A DNA stretch of 57,920 nucleotides. It comes from a virus. Lineage: Duplodnaviria > Caudoviricetes. The notes beneath the pieces were generated by a model. The model searched no databases. It saw nothing but the letters and a program-made list of their open reading frames with translations, and was not told where the DNA came from. The DNA lies in the IMG/VR virus record IMGVR_UViG_3300043447_000200, positions 1 to 57,920 of that record; one strand, 5' to 3'. Positions 26,913 to 36,817 of this stretch are shown here, piece after piece (positions within the stretch are counted from its first letter, which is position 1; the number at the start of each line of letters is the position of its first letter). The translations under genes and the position numbers were made by a program.

Positions 26913-28625
26913 ATGAAAAATTTTTCCGACTTTGGAATTGACCTCCAAGGGAGATCAGGGGAGGAGGTCAAAACGACCTGCCCTCAGTGCTCCCATACGA
27001 GGAAGAAGAAGAGCTACCCATGCTTGAACGTGAACACGATCAAAGCTGTGTGGCACTGCCACCACTGTGGTTGGTCGGGTGGACTTGGATCTGGTGTCAT
27101 CAACCGATCAGCTCCACCTAGCCGCCGCGTCTATCACAAGCCTGAGTTCAGACCTGCCGCCCTGTCTGATGCGGCGTTCACTTGGTTTGAAAAACGAGGA
27201 ATCACACCAGAGGTTTTGATCAGGAACCGGATCTCGATGGAGCGTGTGTGGATGCCGCAGATCGAGGACGAGGTCACGGCGATCGCCTTCCCCTACTACA
27301 AGAACGGTGAGGTGGTGAATGTCAAATACCGTGACGGCGCCAAGAACTTTCGCCAAGTAGCTGGCGCACAGAAGGTCCTCTACAAATACGACGACCTCTC
27401 CGATGTGACGATCATCTGCGAAGGTGAGATGGATGCCCTGTCATTCGAGGTCGCAGGTTTCCGCAACGCGATCTCGGTTCCTGACGGCGCCCCTACTCCA
27501 GACGCCAAGAACTTTGACAGCAAGTTCGAGTTCCTCGATGACGAGAAGCTCGACACCGTAGGCCAGTGGATTCTGGCGGTGGACAACGACGAGCCTGGGC
27601 GCAAACTCGAAGATGAATTGGCTCGTCGCCTTGGCCGTGACAAATGCTTGCGCATCACATGGCCAGAAGGATGCAAGGACGCCAACGATGTGCTGGTAAA
27701 GCTCGGCGTCGAGGCTTTGCAGAATGTGATCTCTGATGCCAAGTCATTCCCTGTTGAGGGCGTGTTCTCAGTCGGCGACATCGAGGACGACATCAACACC
27801 ATGCTCGAGTTCGGCATGGTCAAGGGTGAGCCTACCGGTTGGGGTAGCGTAAACGGCCTATACACCCCCGCACCTGGCCAATGGACGCTGGTCACAGGCA
27901 TACCCTCAATGGGTAAATCTGAGTGGCTTGACGCCCTTGCAGTCAACATCGCAGAGAACGCTGGTTGGGTGTTTGGCGTGTGCTCACCAGAGAACCAACC
28001 GATCTCATGGCATGCCGCCAAGTTGATCGAGAAGCGCATGGAAGAGCGCCTCGTTGCTGGTCGTGTGAACCAATCACGGTTCAACGAAGCCAAGGCGTGG
28101 CTCAACGAACACTTCCACTTCATCATGCCCGAGGAACCTACCCTCGACGCAGTGCTTTCCAAGGCCAAGGTCTTGGTACGCCGCCACGGTATGAAGGGTT
28201 TGATCATCGACCCTTACAACGAACTCGATCACATCCGTCGCAAAGAGGGTGTATCTGAAACCGAGTATGTGTCCACCTTCCTCACGCAAATGCGCAAGTT
28301 CGCTCGTGAGAACTCGATTCACATTTGGTTGGTTGCCCACCCTGCCAAGCTGATGAAGGACAACAAGGGCATCTACCCTGTGCCTGATGGCTATACGGTG
28401 TCTGGCTCGGCCCACTTCTATAACAAGGCCGACAACATCATTGCAGTGCACCGTGATCTGACCATGACCAACGCACCTACCGAGGTGCATGTGCAGAAGA
28501 TCCGCTCTCGCTGGCTCGGCAAGCGTGGCATCGCATACCTGCAATGGCGTCCTGAGTGTGGTCGCTTCCGTGAGTACGCTGGCGCTTACAGCCCACCACC
28601 TGGCGGTGAAGGGGGTGACGAATGA
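26913..28625 (+). CDS. Primase-helicase (Zn finger + TOPRIM + DnaB/T7 gp4-like helicase)
   Basis: CPQC..CHHC, ICEGEMDALS, DNDEPG, KDAND, GIPSMGKS, IIDPYN and LVAHP motifs. Confidence 0.93.
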   Translation: MKNFSDFGIDLQGRSGEEVKTTCPQCSHTRKKKSYPCLNVNTIKAVWHCHHCGWSGGLGSGVINRSAPPSRRVYHKPEFRPAALSDAAFTWFEKRGITPEVLIRNRISMERVWMPQIEDEVTAIAFPYYKNGEVVNVKYRDGAKNFRQVAGAQKVLYKYDDLSDVTIICEGEMDALSFEVAGFRNAISVPDGAPTPDAKNFDSKFEFLDDEKLDTVGQWILAVDNDEPGRKLEDELARRLGRDKCLRITWPEGCKDANDVLVKLGVEALQNVISDAKSFPVEGVFSVGDIEDDINTMLEFGMVKGEPTGWGSVNGLYTPAPGQWTLVTGIPSMGKSEWLDALAVNIAENAGWVFGVCSPENQPISWHAAKLIEKRMEERLVAGRVNQSRFNEAKAWLNEHFHFIMPEEPTLDAVLSKAKVLVRRHGMKGLIIDPYNELDHIRRKEGVSETEYVSTFLTQMRKFARENSIHIWLVAHPAKLMKDNKGIYPVPDGYTVSGSAHFYNKADNIIAVHRDLTMTNAPTEVHVQKIRSRWLGKRGIAYLQWRPECGRFREYAGAYSPPPGGEGGDE

Positions 28626-28819
28626 TCGCCGAACACATCATCAAGACTGCGCGTGACGCTGGTTGCAAGCCAGTTCGTAGCCCTGAGTGTTGGGATGACG
28701 TGCAAGTGTTTGCCACGCCAGAGGTGCTCGAGCGCTTCTACAACGAGGCGTATCGCCACGGCGCGCTAGCAATGGCTCACGAAATTCAAAGCGCCATGAA
28801 AAAGAAGGAGGCCGAATGA
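28622..28819 (+). CDS. Hypothetical protein
   Basis: Coupled small ORF with RBS. Confidence 0.6.
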   Translation: MIAEHIIKTARDAGCKPVRSPECWDDVQVFATPEVLERFYNEAYRHGALAMAHEIQSAMKKKEAE

Positions 28820-28998
28820 TCTCTACTTGGATCCTCATCATCTCGATGAATGGCTCAAGCCCGTCTTGGCCGATGCACCTCTTCCAGATTCCTGACATGC
28901 CATCGCAACAGGAATGTCAGCGCGTCAGCATTGAGATCAGTCAACGCTTTACCGTCAGGCAAAGCCTATGTGTAGAAGTAAAGAAAGTTAAGCAATGA
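28816..28998 (+). CDS. Hypothetical protein
   Basis: Coupled ORF with AGGAGG RBS. Confidence 0.6.
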   Translation: MISTWILIISMNGSSPSWPMHLFQIPDMPSQQECQRVSIEISQRFTVRQSLCVEVKKVKQ

Positions 28999-29201
28999 AC
29001 ATCAACCGACAGCAATACAAAATCGTGGTGCGTGACCCTGTGACCATCAGCAACGGCATGCTTATCACCAAAGATGCGTTCATCGAACTCGATGCGCCGA
29101 ACATGCGCTCCGACTTCTTGAAGTTCTTCCAGCACTATTACAACGAAGGAATGATCCGCGTGAAGGTGGCTCGCATCAAACCAGCGGAGGTGCAGCAATG
29201 A
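28995..29201 (+). CDS. Hypothetical protein
   Basis: Coupled small ORF. Confidence 0.6.
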   Translation: MNINRQQYKIVVRDPVTISNGMLITKDAFIELDAPNMRSDFLKFFQHYYNEGMIRVKVARIKPAEVQQ

Positions 29202-29707
29202 GCGTCGGATTAATCGCCCAAGAAATCGGCCAGCTCGATGGCTCTATGCGCTTCATGACAGGCGACGGCGAATGGAAAGTCGTTGCGTGGAATGGTCGCT
29301 TCGCGTTGTGCAAGTTCACCAATGAGCGCATGCGCATCACGGCTGACGGCTCACTGCTCTACGGCGCTAGCTTGCAGACGCCAGACAATGCACTCGAGGT
29401 GTACTGGTTCAACACACGCGAGTGGTGTGAGCTGGCGCGGAGACGAATGATTGCCATCGACCGCATCCCATACGACATCAAGATGAGGATGATCACGCCA
29501 CTGTCGTTCTCAAACGGCACGGTTGGACCGTCTTACAAGTTCGAGATGGGGCCTGAGCTTTCGGATTGGCAGTGCTACCTGTTTGGCTCAAGGCAATGGT
29601 CGGAAGGCATCACATACCGACCCAAGGCTGGCCATGTCCCCAACTTCTTCGTTCGCTGGTGCATGAAGGTGATGTTGGCCTGTACATGGGTGAAGGACAA
29701 GGCATGA
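29198..29707 (+). CDS. Hypothetical protein containing an ERMRITADG fibre-like motif
   Basis: GGAGG RBS; 169 aa. Confidence 0.65.
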   Translation: MSVGLIAQEIGQLDGSMRFMTGDGEWKVVAWNGRFALCKFTNERMRITADGSLLYGASLQTPDNALEVYWFNTREWCELARRRMIAIDRIPYDIKMRMITPLSFSNGTVGPSYKFEMGPELSDWQCYLFGSRQWSEGITYRPKAGHVPNFFVRWCMKVMLACTWVKDKA

Positions 29708-29997
29708 CCTTTCGCAGTCGAGCCCTCCTCGATCTTGCCAGAGATCAAGCCTGCGTCATGTGTGGTCGCCAAGATGGAACGATCGTGGCGGCGCACAGCA
29801 ACCTACTCGAACACGGCAAGGGTGCCGGTCACAAGGCCCATGACGGCATGCATGCATGGCTCTGCTATGTGTGCCACAGCGATGTCGATCAGGGCAACTC
29901 AATGAGCAAACAACAGAAACGCGAGTTCATGCTCACCGCGATTTGCAGAACGGTGATGGAACTATGGAATCAAGAACTTATAGAGGTCAAAAAATGA
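29704..29997 (+). CDS. DUF1364/YbcO-like Zn-binding nuclease
   Basis: C..C...TIVAAHSN...C..CH..D. Confidence 0.75.
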   Translation: MTFRSRALLDLARDQACVMCGRQDGTIVAAHSNLLEHGKGAGHKAHDGMHAWLCYVCHSDVDQGNSMSKQQKREFMLTAICRTVMELWNQELIEVKK

Positions 29998-30380
29998 AAG
30001 AAGCAATTAAACAAAACCTGAAAACTGTGCGCGCAGAAGCCCACGAAATGCTCAAGACATTGAAGGCTGTGCGTGGTGAGAAATACCACCAAGCCGTCTA
30101 CTACCTGCTCGTCAGCACACAGGTGGCAGAGATCGTCAGCCACTTGGTTGCATTGGCTGAGGACAACGATCAGGTTGCATCGCACATCATGGCGTTTGCC
30201 ATCGGCGACAACCTCAGCACTGCGGCGACAATCATGCTCGAGTCAACTGGCTTGAGTGAAGGTGAAATCAAAGAGGCTTTGGATGATGCGAAGCGAATCA
30301 GCGAGAACACGCACAGCCTGATCGACTCAGCCTTTGCCGCTGGCAAGGAAGGCAAAGCGTTCGGAGGTGCTGATGCTTGA
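29994..30380 (+). CDS. Hypothetical protein
   Basis: ATG at 29994 with GAGG RBS. Confidence 0.65.
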   Translation: MKEAIKQNLKTVRAEAHEMLKTLKAVRGEKYHQAVYYLLVSTQVAEIVSHLVALAEDNDQVASHIMAFAIGDNLSTAATIMLESTGLSEGEIKEALDDAKRISENTHSLIDSAFAAGKEGKAFGGADA

Positions 30381-30579
30381 TGGAACGATGAACCTGCCTG
30401 GGTCGCATGACCTCGGCACTCGCAAGATCGGTTGCTACAAGTGCGGCAGAGAGCGATTGAATGGCGGTGGTGTAGACCTTGGTCCTGCCAAGTTTATTTG
30501 CGGTGAGTGCTGGCGTTTACGCGCAACACGCCCCAACGGTGCGGTTCACTCACTCAAAAAGGAAGGGAAGCGTAAATGA
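30373..30579 (+). CDS. Small Zn-finger protein
   Basis: CYKC...CGEC. Confidence 0.6.
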   Translation: MLDGTMNLPGSHDLGTRKIGCYKCGRERLNGGGVDLGPAKFICGECWRLRATRPNGAVHSLKKEGKRK

Positions 30580-30989
30580 ATAACGGGAAGATTGTTCGCA
30601 ATGCGGGGTCACATCGCATCCTCTACGCCCTGTCACTACACGAGCACACCTCACGAGAGTTGAAGCTTCTGGTTGGCGCCATCAACAGCGTATCCAGATT
30701 CGATGGTGAGTACATGAAGCGCCTGATCGACAACGGTCATGTGCGCCGTACCGCTGATGCGTGGACGCTGACCGATGCTGGCAGAGAGAAGGTGGAGGAA
30801 CTTGGTCCAGCCACAGGCGTGAGGGTAAAGCGCGTAGACAGAAGCCGAGAGGTCATGCAACGCCCTCTATACACAGGCAAGCGCGAAACACCAATGCGTA
30901 TTGGCGCAGAAGAATTTTTGAAATACCCAAGCAGGGTCGGCAACACCCTTATCTATCGTGATGGTCGCAAGGAGAAAATAAATGATTGA
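30576..30989 (+). CDS. Winged-helix-like DNA-binding protein
   Basis: L...G.V.....W.LT..G motif. Confidence 0.55.
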   Translation: MNNGKIVRNAGSHRILYALSLHEHTSRELKLLVGAINSVSRFDGEYMKRLIDNGHVRRTADAWTLTDAGREKVEELGPATGVRVKRVDRSREVMQRPLYTGKRETPMRIGAEEFLKYPSRVGNTLIYRDGRKEKIND

Positions 30990-31320
30990 CAACATGGAAG
31001 AAATGGTCGAGCGATACCGCCAACTGGCAGACCGGTATGCGCCAGCTCGCGCCAAGCGTGAGTACCTCGACGAGTACAAGAAGAGCCTGCTGGCCCTACT
31101 CATGAAGAAGTATGAGAAGGCAGGCTTCACCTCTGGCGTAGCGCAAGAGCGTGAGTCTCGAGCTGATGAGGATTACATCAAGCTGCTCGGTGATTTGCAG
31201 ATCGCCGTGCATGAGGAAGAGAAGCTGCGCTACCACCTCAAGGCGGTCGAGATCGAGATCGAGATCTGGCGTACCCAAAGCGCCAATCAAAGGGTTGAAC
31301 GAAAGGCATACGGGGCATGA
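30982..31320 (+). CDS. Helical phage protein (UvsY-like recombination mediator candidate)
   Basis: AQERE.RA...Y...EIWRT.SAN.R.E motif. Confidence 0.5.
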   Translation: MIDNMEEMVERYRQLADRYAPARAKREYLDEYKKSLLALLMKKYEKAGFTSGVAQERESRADEDYIKLLGDLQIAVHEEEKLRYHLKAVEIEIEIWRTQSANQRVERKAYGA

Positions 31321-31526
31321 GCATTACCAACCTAACCGACACAGAACGCCGTCTTCAAGAGGAGAACGAAGAACTCAGGGCAGAGATCGAGCGGTACAAG
31401 AATGTGATTGAGGTCACCGAGCGTGAGATCCAGCGCATGGCTGTGAGGATTCGTGACCTTGAGACCCATGTCAATCAGCTCCGAAACATCGGTGCGTTAC
31501 TCGATAGAAAGGTGCTGACACGATGA
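31317..31526 (+). CDS. Coiled-coil hypothetical protein
   Basis: Coupled ORF. Confidence 0.6.
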   Translation: MSITNLTDTERRLQEENEELRAEIERYKNVIEVTEREIQRMAVRIRDLETHVNQLRNIGALLDRKVLTR

Positions 31527-31930
31527 GAAGAGAATGGGGCGAAACATCCGCCAAGATATTGCAAGCGTTGAAGGATGATGGACCGATGACCAAGACGGAA
31601 ATATCTGCCCGTATTGGCGTGGACCATGACCATATCTCGACGATCCTTAACAGGCTGTCGAAGCCAGGAAAGATCCAGCCAAAGCGGGTCTACATCTGCG
31701 CGTATGTGTATGACTCATGGGGTGAGCGCCGCTACCCTCGACCGGTCTATCAGTTGGGTATGCTGCCGAATGTGAAGAAGCCAAAGCGGGATGTGAAGGA
31801 GACAAGACGGCGCTACCTGCAAGGTCTACAAAAGCGCATGACCATGAACAGCGTGTTCAACCTTGGGCTTACGCGCAAGGAGTACACCGCGGTGATGCGT
31901 GGAAAAACTGAGGAGGCGTTGAGTGCTTGA
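31523..31930 (+). CDS. HTH-domain protein
   Basis: GPMTKTEISARIG.....IS..L.RL. Confidence 0.65.
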   Translation: MRREWGETSAKILQALKDDGPMTKTEISARIGVDHDHISTILNRLSKPGKIQPKRVYICAYVYDSWGERRYPRPVYQLGMLPNVKKPKRDVKETRRRYLQGLQKRMTMNSVFNLGLTRKEYTAVMRGKTEEALSA

Positions 31931-32108
31931 GAAGTTACTCGAGCAAGTGACATGGACATACGGCTCGGTCCGAGGGACTGAGTACCGGTATGTCAAGCAA
32001 GTGAGAGGCAAGCTATGGCGTTGCCTTGGGTGTGGAAAGTTTTATGAAAGGCCAACAGATGCAAGAGAACATGTCGTCTACGAATGCACAAGACCCCTAC
32101 TTCGCTGA
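31923..32108 (+). CDS. Small Zn-finger protein
   Basis: CLGC...H...C; GAGGAGG RBS. Confidence 0.5.
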   Translation: MLEKLLEQVTWTYGSVRGTEYRYVKQVRGKLWRCLGCGKFYERPTDAREHVVYECTRPLLR

Positions 32109-32323
32109 ACAGAAGAAGGCGGCAACAGGTGTGACCGATGGGTCAAGCGGGTGGCGTAAGCGTCAGATCGCAGAGTGGATAGCGCAGAACGAGGGATCGT
32201 TCCTGCCTCCCCTGCCCCTGACCAAGAGCCAGTACGGGTTCGACGATACGCCCGCGTTCACCGCCAACCAGATGCGTGAGTACGCGATCGAAGCGTTGCG
32301 CACCATCGCAGGAAAGGTAAAGC

Positions 32324-32782
32324 ATGGGCAAGATTAACAGCCGAGCCAAGGGCGCAGCGGGTGAGCGCGAGTTCATCAAGGAGCTGGCGATGGAGTTGGG
32401 TGACGAGCTGGTAGCCCCGCTTAAACGCAACCTCGAACAGACCCGAGCTGGTGGACACGACATCGTCGGGCTTGAGGGGTTTGCCATCGAGATCAAGCGG
32501 TACAAGCAGATCAAGGAAGGCGACATCGTCAAGTTCTGGGAGCAAGCCAAGGATCAGGCACAACGCATCAATGCCGAGCCTGTGCTGGCCTATCGTGAGG
32601 ACATGCGATCGTGGCGCGTGGTGGTTTCCTGCAACCTGCTCAACAAGGGATACATGACCGGCGACTGGTCGGTGGACTGGACTGCAACGATCAGCCTCAA
32701 GGCGTTTGCATACCTAGTTCGTGAACAACATAACACCACCAAGTTGCAACATACAGAAACACCAATCACACTCGCGGCATGA
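32324..32782 (+). CDS. Holliday junction resolvase-like PD-(D/E)XK nuclease
   Basis: SRAKGAAGERE, DI and IEIKR motifs. Confidence 0.8.
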   Translation: MGKINSRAKGAAGEREFIKELAMELGDELVAPLKRNLEQTRAGGHDIVGLEGFAIEIKRYKQIKEGDIVKFWEQAKDQAQRINAEPVLAYREDMRSWRVVVSCNLLNKGYMTGDWSVDWTATISLKAFAYLVREQHNTTKLQHTETPITLAA

Positions 32783-32830
32783 AGCCACCGCTCAGAAGGC
32801 GGCGCCCAGATGAGGCGACGAGCTACATAC

Positions 32831-32864
32831 GGGGTCAGGTCAAAAGCCTGGCCCCTTTTTATTT
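32831..32864 (+). terminator. Intrinsic terminator of the plus-strand operon
   Basis: GGGGTCAGGT-CAAAA-GCCTGGCCCC followed by a T-tract. Confidence 0.8.
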
Positions 32865-32900
32865 GGCTGCGTGTAAATATTGAATCGCCCTGTGATTGTG

Positions 32901-32932
32901 AAAAAAAGACCAGGAGCTGAAAGCCCCTGGCC
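32901..32932 (-). terminator. Intrinsic terminator of the minus-strand early operon
   Basis: GGCCAGGGGC-TTTCA-GCTCCTGGTC followed by T7. Confidence 0.8.
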
Positions 32933-32937
32933 ATATG

Positions 32938-33420
32938 TTAGAAACCGAACCAACCTTTGAACCGTTGCCAGAAGCTGGGCGGTTCAATCATGGTTACAGG
33001 CAATGGGCTGGGTTCAACCCGTTGCTGGTTAATCTCATGCACTCGCTTTGCGATCTCGTCTATGCTTGGTTGCACAGGCGTCAAAGCCACAGGCCGCTCC
33101 GCGTAGCGCTTTGCCGTGCTGTAACTGACATTGCAGATGTTCTTGATGTCGACAACTGATGCGCCAGACTGAGCAAGGCCGAAGATGCGGCGGTGCAATT
33201 CTGGTGACACCATCACTCGCACCTTGCGGTGCTTGCCTTTGGGTCGAGAGTGAGTTCGATCAACACGAACACCGCGCGCTTGAAGGATGCGGTACATGGC
33301 CGAGCGGCTTATGTTGTGCAGCTCTTGGATCTTCTCGACCGAAACTTCACGGCTGAGGTACATTTTTACAACGCTGTTTGAGATGGCGTCATTGATTTTG
33401 GTTTTTGGTTTTCTGGTCAT
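32938..33420 (-). CDS. Double-HTH DNA-binding protein
   Basis: ISRSAMYRIL and VSYSTAKRY helices. Confidence 0.7.
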   Translation of the reverse strand: MTRKPKTKINDAISNSVVKMYLSREVSVEKIQELHNISRSAMYRILQARGVRVDRTHSRPKGKHRKVRVMVSPELHRRIFGLAQSGASVVDIKNICNVSYSTAKRYAERPVALTPVQPSIDEIAKRVHEINQQRVEPSPLPVTMIEPPSFWQRFKGWFGF

Positions 33421-33625
33421 GCTTATTAAAAATACGATTGAGTTCGGCGGTCTTGTTTCGTATCCAGCGTCGGTCACTTGATGAGCATGGGAAGACAATC
33501 GTCTTTCGTGTTGTGCCGTTGCTAATACAAACCTTGTAGTGACCACCACCTGAGCGAACAAACGACTCAACCCGAAGGTTGAGCCGCTCGCATAGCTTAC
33601 GAATGTCTAGGTGATGTCGATCCAA
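33389..33625 (-). CDS. HicA-like small protein (tentative)
   Basis: RSGGGHYKV...FPCSSSD.R...N pattern. Confidence 0.45.
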   Translation of the reverse strand: MDRHHLDIRKLCERLNLRVESFVRSGGGHYKVCISNGTTRKTIVFPCSSSDRRWIRNKTAELNRIFNKHDQKTKNQNQ

Positions 33626-34143
33626 ATCCCTCCTCGTTTCTTCACTTTGACCTCAGTAGCTCGTGTCCCCTCGGGGTAGCTGATGAAGCCATACGGGTTG
33701 ATGTAAGCCTCCGGATGGGCGTAGAAGGCGGTGAGCAGCTTCGAGTTTGTGATGCGGTGCAACCGTTGCATCGCTTGATTCACAGTCTCACCGGTCTCAA
33801 CTGAGCCATCCTTTGCCAACACGAAGAAGCATCGCTCCTTCGGGTCTAACGCCTTGACCGGAGTGGTGTCCTCCATTGCTTGCTTGACCAGCTCGTCTGA
33901 CGCCATGCCAATAAAGTCATGACGGAACAGATATGTGGTCGTTGAATCGGCGATGTACTCGCCGAACACCTTGCTGCCGAGGCTGTTTGCTTGACAGCCG
34001 AAACCTCCTGTCGCCTTGAAGATTTGAAAGCGAGGCATCTGGTAGCGTCGATTGAGCTTTGTGTGATCGACGACCAGAAGCTTGCCGAGGATGTTGCTGA
34101 CAAGGGGTGTTACCCCCTCGTCGCCCTTAACGATAAGGTTCAT
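33607..34143 (-). CDS. Hypothetical protein
   Basis: ATGGFGC...G..VFG motif; GGAGG RBS. Confidence 0.7.
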   Translation of the reverse strand: MNLIVKGDEGVTPLVSNILGKLLVVDHTKLNRRYQMPRFQIFKATGGFGCQANSLGSKVFGEYIADSTTTYLFRHDFIGMASDELVKQAMEDTTPVKALDPKERCFFVLAKDGSVETGETVNQAMQRLHRITNSKLLTAFYAHPEAYINPYGFISYPEGTRATEVKVKKRGGIWIDIT

Positions 34144-34322
34144 TTACCTCCTTCATTGACATTGGTGATGTGATTGAAAAGCGAATCAGATATCGGCTCC
34201 GGTATTAGCTCGGCGCCATCCATCTGCATCAGTGCCTGTGTGATCTCAAGCAGGCGTTCATCGTTACCTAGTGCATCAGAGATCTCGAGGCAAACATGTT
34301 GTTGCCACTTATCCATGTGCAT
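34140..34322 (-). CDS. Hypothetical protein
   Basis: Coupled small ORF. Confidence 0.55.
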   Translation of the reverse strand: MHMDKWQQHVCLEISDALGNDERLLEITQALMQMDGAELIPEPISDSLFNHITNVNEGGK

Positions 34323-34324
34323 CC

Positions 34325-35311
34325 TTACTGGTAGAGTGATGGCTGAATAGAGTCAGTGCGGAACAAGTCGTAGATCCACTCGGCTGCTTCGACAGGTTCT
34401 TCGGCAAGCAGCTCGATGTCGTCGATGTCGTCGTACCAGTACGACAACACGGCTGCTGCCTTGTGCGGTGCGTCATAGCACCACTGCTCGATGCCAGCCA
34501 GACCTCTGCGCTCGAAGCTGTTGTAGCAAGCGCGGATCATTGGCCTGATTTGACTGGCTGTAAGAGCTTTCTTTTCTTCTTTTTCGTAAGACCCTTTCGC
34601 TTCGTAAGACTTGCCGACTTTCCCGAACCCACCAACTGGCTCTTCGTACTCTGCTTCGTCTTCGTACTGGAGCCCTTTGTACCAGGACCCTGAGTACCCA
34701 GAGCCGTACATGTCCGTGTACCCGCTCTGGCTTTGGTACGACGAACGAAACCCAAACTTGTGTGTTGACCATGCATAGGTGTTGGATAGCCAAGCACCCA
34801 CGAACTCAACGCCCGACTTCTCGTTGATGATCACGATCTCACCGTCAGCGCGGACCAAGCCGAACTTGTTGCTGCGACCGATCATGTCGCCGATGAAGTC
34901 TTGCCAATCTGCATCGACCAGCAGATCTGGGTTGGCAGTCAACGCTGGCGCAATGATGTTGCGGATGAAGTGCCAGGTGTCAGAGCGAGACTTGTCTGCG
35001 TTGTTGCCGGTAGACAGGACGCCGTTGTGTGCCAGCCAAATGTCATCGGTGACTTTGTATGGATGGCAGTTGTCGAAGTCGATGTCGCCGTGCGTTTGCA
35101 TGCGGGCATGCCAGACGCAGTCTTTGTTCTCGATGTACTGACGGTAGAAGTCGATGAACTCTTGCGCGTTGGCGGGCAACGATTTGTAGACATGCAGCTT
35201 ACCGTCTTCTGCATACATAACGCCGAGGCCATCGCTGTTCTTGCTGTACACATCTTCCAAGAAGTCATCGGTGAAAACGGTAGACGCAGGTTGTTTAACG
35301 AGTAGACACAT
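34325..35311 (-). CDS. Class II glutamine amidotransferase
   Basis: N-terminal Cys2, N.DG.G, HAR..THG, NCHP, HNG and SDT motifs. Confidence 0.9.
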   Translation of the reverse strand: MCLLVKQPASTVFTDDFLEDVYSKNSDGLGVMYAEDGKLHVYKSLPANAQEFIDFYRQYIENKDCVWHARMQTHGDIDFDNCHPYKVTDDIWLAHNGVLSTGNNADKSRSDTWHFIRNIIAPALTANPDLLVDADWQDFIGDMIGRSNKFGLVRADGEIVIINEKSGVEFVGAWLSNTYAWSTHKFGFRSSYQSQSGYTDMYGSGYSGSWYKGLQYEDEAEYEEPVGGFGKVGKSYEAKGSYEKEEKKALTASQIRPMIRACYNSFERRGLAGIEQWCYDAPHKAAAVLSYWYDDIDDIELLAEEPVEAAEWIYDLFRTDSIQPSLYQ

Positions 35312-35322
35312 ATTTATTTTCC

Positions 35323-36801
35323 TTATGCCAATTCAAGGCGTTGTTCGATATACGGGCGCAGCACGGTCGTTTCTTTGTGCATACGGTCAGAGAGGAAGTT
35401 CATGTAGTGATCAGTCGTGAGGTGACCGATGTCGCCTTCACTGGCTGGTCGCGTGAACTCGACGAGCGAATGACAAAACTCCAAAGCAGCAATCACAGAC
35501 TCATACTTGAGCGAGCCTTTGAAGATGCGGAACTCGATCGTGTTCTGGCTGGTCAAGTTGATAGCCTCGTACCTGTCACTTGACTGATGAGCCGAGCCGA
35601 TCTTCTTCTCCTTGATCTTGCAGTAGCCTTCTGCGTAGCGTCGGGCGATTGCACGGATCAGCTGCTCATTGGCTGGGTCATTGACGAAGGTGACCATCTT
35701 GGCGATCTGAAGCTTGGTCAAACCAGTGCGACTCACATGCACATGCAACCCGCAGGTTGATGTGTTGTGCGAACGCAGGTTGGCGACAGCCTCCTTGTCG
35801 TTGAGCCAAGACCAGACATCACGATGCATTGGCAGCGACATGGGCTGGCTGACAATCTCGAAGCCATGATTGAGCGAGCCGTCGTTCTCGAAGAACGCAC
35901 GACTGCCGATGTCACCATCGTTGATCACATCGTTGAGTATGCGAGCCTTCTCGATTCGATCAATGCGATCGCCACGCAGCTCGACCTCCAGCTCGACGCC
36001 GAAGAATCGGTTGTGCTGCTGCGACCAAGCATCAACGATCGGTCGCTGATACCGCTTTGACGAGTGGTAGTTGCCGATGATGCGAGGCTCACGCTGGTAA
36101 TCGTAGTGGTAGTACTCGTCGTCATCGTCGTCATAGCGGAAGTTGTCATCGTCGTAGTAGATCGTGACGCTCTCGCCGTTGCGGTCTGTGGCAGTGCGAG
36201 CATCGTCTGATGGCACATACGATCCGTAGTAACCCGAGTATGTGTAGTTTTCACTGGCGCACTCACGGCAGATCTCTTCTTCGTGATATGTGGTGCAAAC
36301 CTTGGCCCTGTATTCGTACTCGTTGCAATCGTTACAGTGAATCAGCTCAAGATGGTCTTCAAGCCACTCGATGATCGTGTCGCTGTCGTCATAGTTCTCG
36401 ACGGCACTCATCAGGTTGCGCATCTTGTCAAGGTTCCTAACAGTGCCAAGCTCCTTGAGGTGCAGCACACGGATGGCAATGTTGGCGTAGCCGTTTGTGC
36501 TGCGCATGGTGGCATCAGCAATCAAGCGAAGCAGTCTGTCGACATTGGTTCGACGATCTGTAAGATCACTGAGCTTTTTGAACTGCGCGTTGCGCTCTTC
36601 GGTTGTGCCTGTGTAGTTGACCAAGAACAGGTGTTGCTCAGACTCTTGACGCTTGAGGCTGTTGTGATGGGTGATCATCTTGCGGATGTAATCACCCCAA
36701 CGCTGTGAGTCTTGCTCATGAGCCTTGACTATGCTGTCGACCATGAAGGCACGACGAACGGGGTCTGCTATTACGGCATCCCAATATGGTGTGTTGAACA
36801 T
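35323..36801 (-). CDS. Putative amidoligase (COOH-NH2 ligase family)
   Basis: FGVELEVE, DGSL..GFEIVS.P, CGLHVHV and TIEFRIF motifs. Confidence 0.88.
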   Translation of the reverse strand: MFNTPYWDAVIADPVRRAFMVDSIVKAHEQDSQRWGDYIRKMITHHNSLKRQESEQHLFLVNYTGTTEERNAQFKKLSDLTDRRTNVDRLLRLIADATMRSTNGYANIAIRVLHLKELGTVRNLDKMRNLMSAVENYDDSDTIIEWLEDHLELIHCNDCNEYEYRAKVCTTYHEEEICRECASENYTYSGYYGSYVPSDDARTATDRNGESVTIYYDDDNFRYDDDDDEYYHYDYQREPRIIGNYHSSKRYQRPIVDAWSQQHNRFFGVELEVELRGDRIDRIEKARILNDVINDGDIGSRAFFENDGSLNHGFEIVSQPMSLPMHRDVWSWLNDKEAVANLRSHNTSTCGLHVHVSRTGLTKLQIAKMVTFVNDPANEQLIRAIARRYAEGYCKIKEKKIGSAHQSSDRYEAINLTSQNTIEFRIFKGSLKYESVIAALEFCHSLVEFTRPASEGDIGHLTTDHYMNFLSDRMHKETTVLRPYIEQRLELA

Positions 36802-36817
36802 GTGTTCTCCAGAAATG

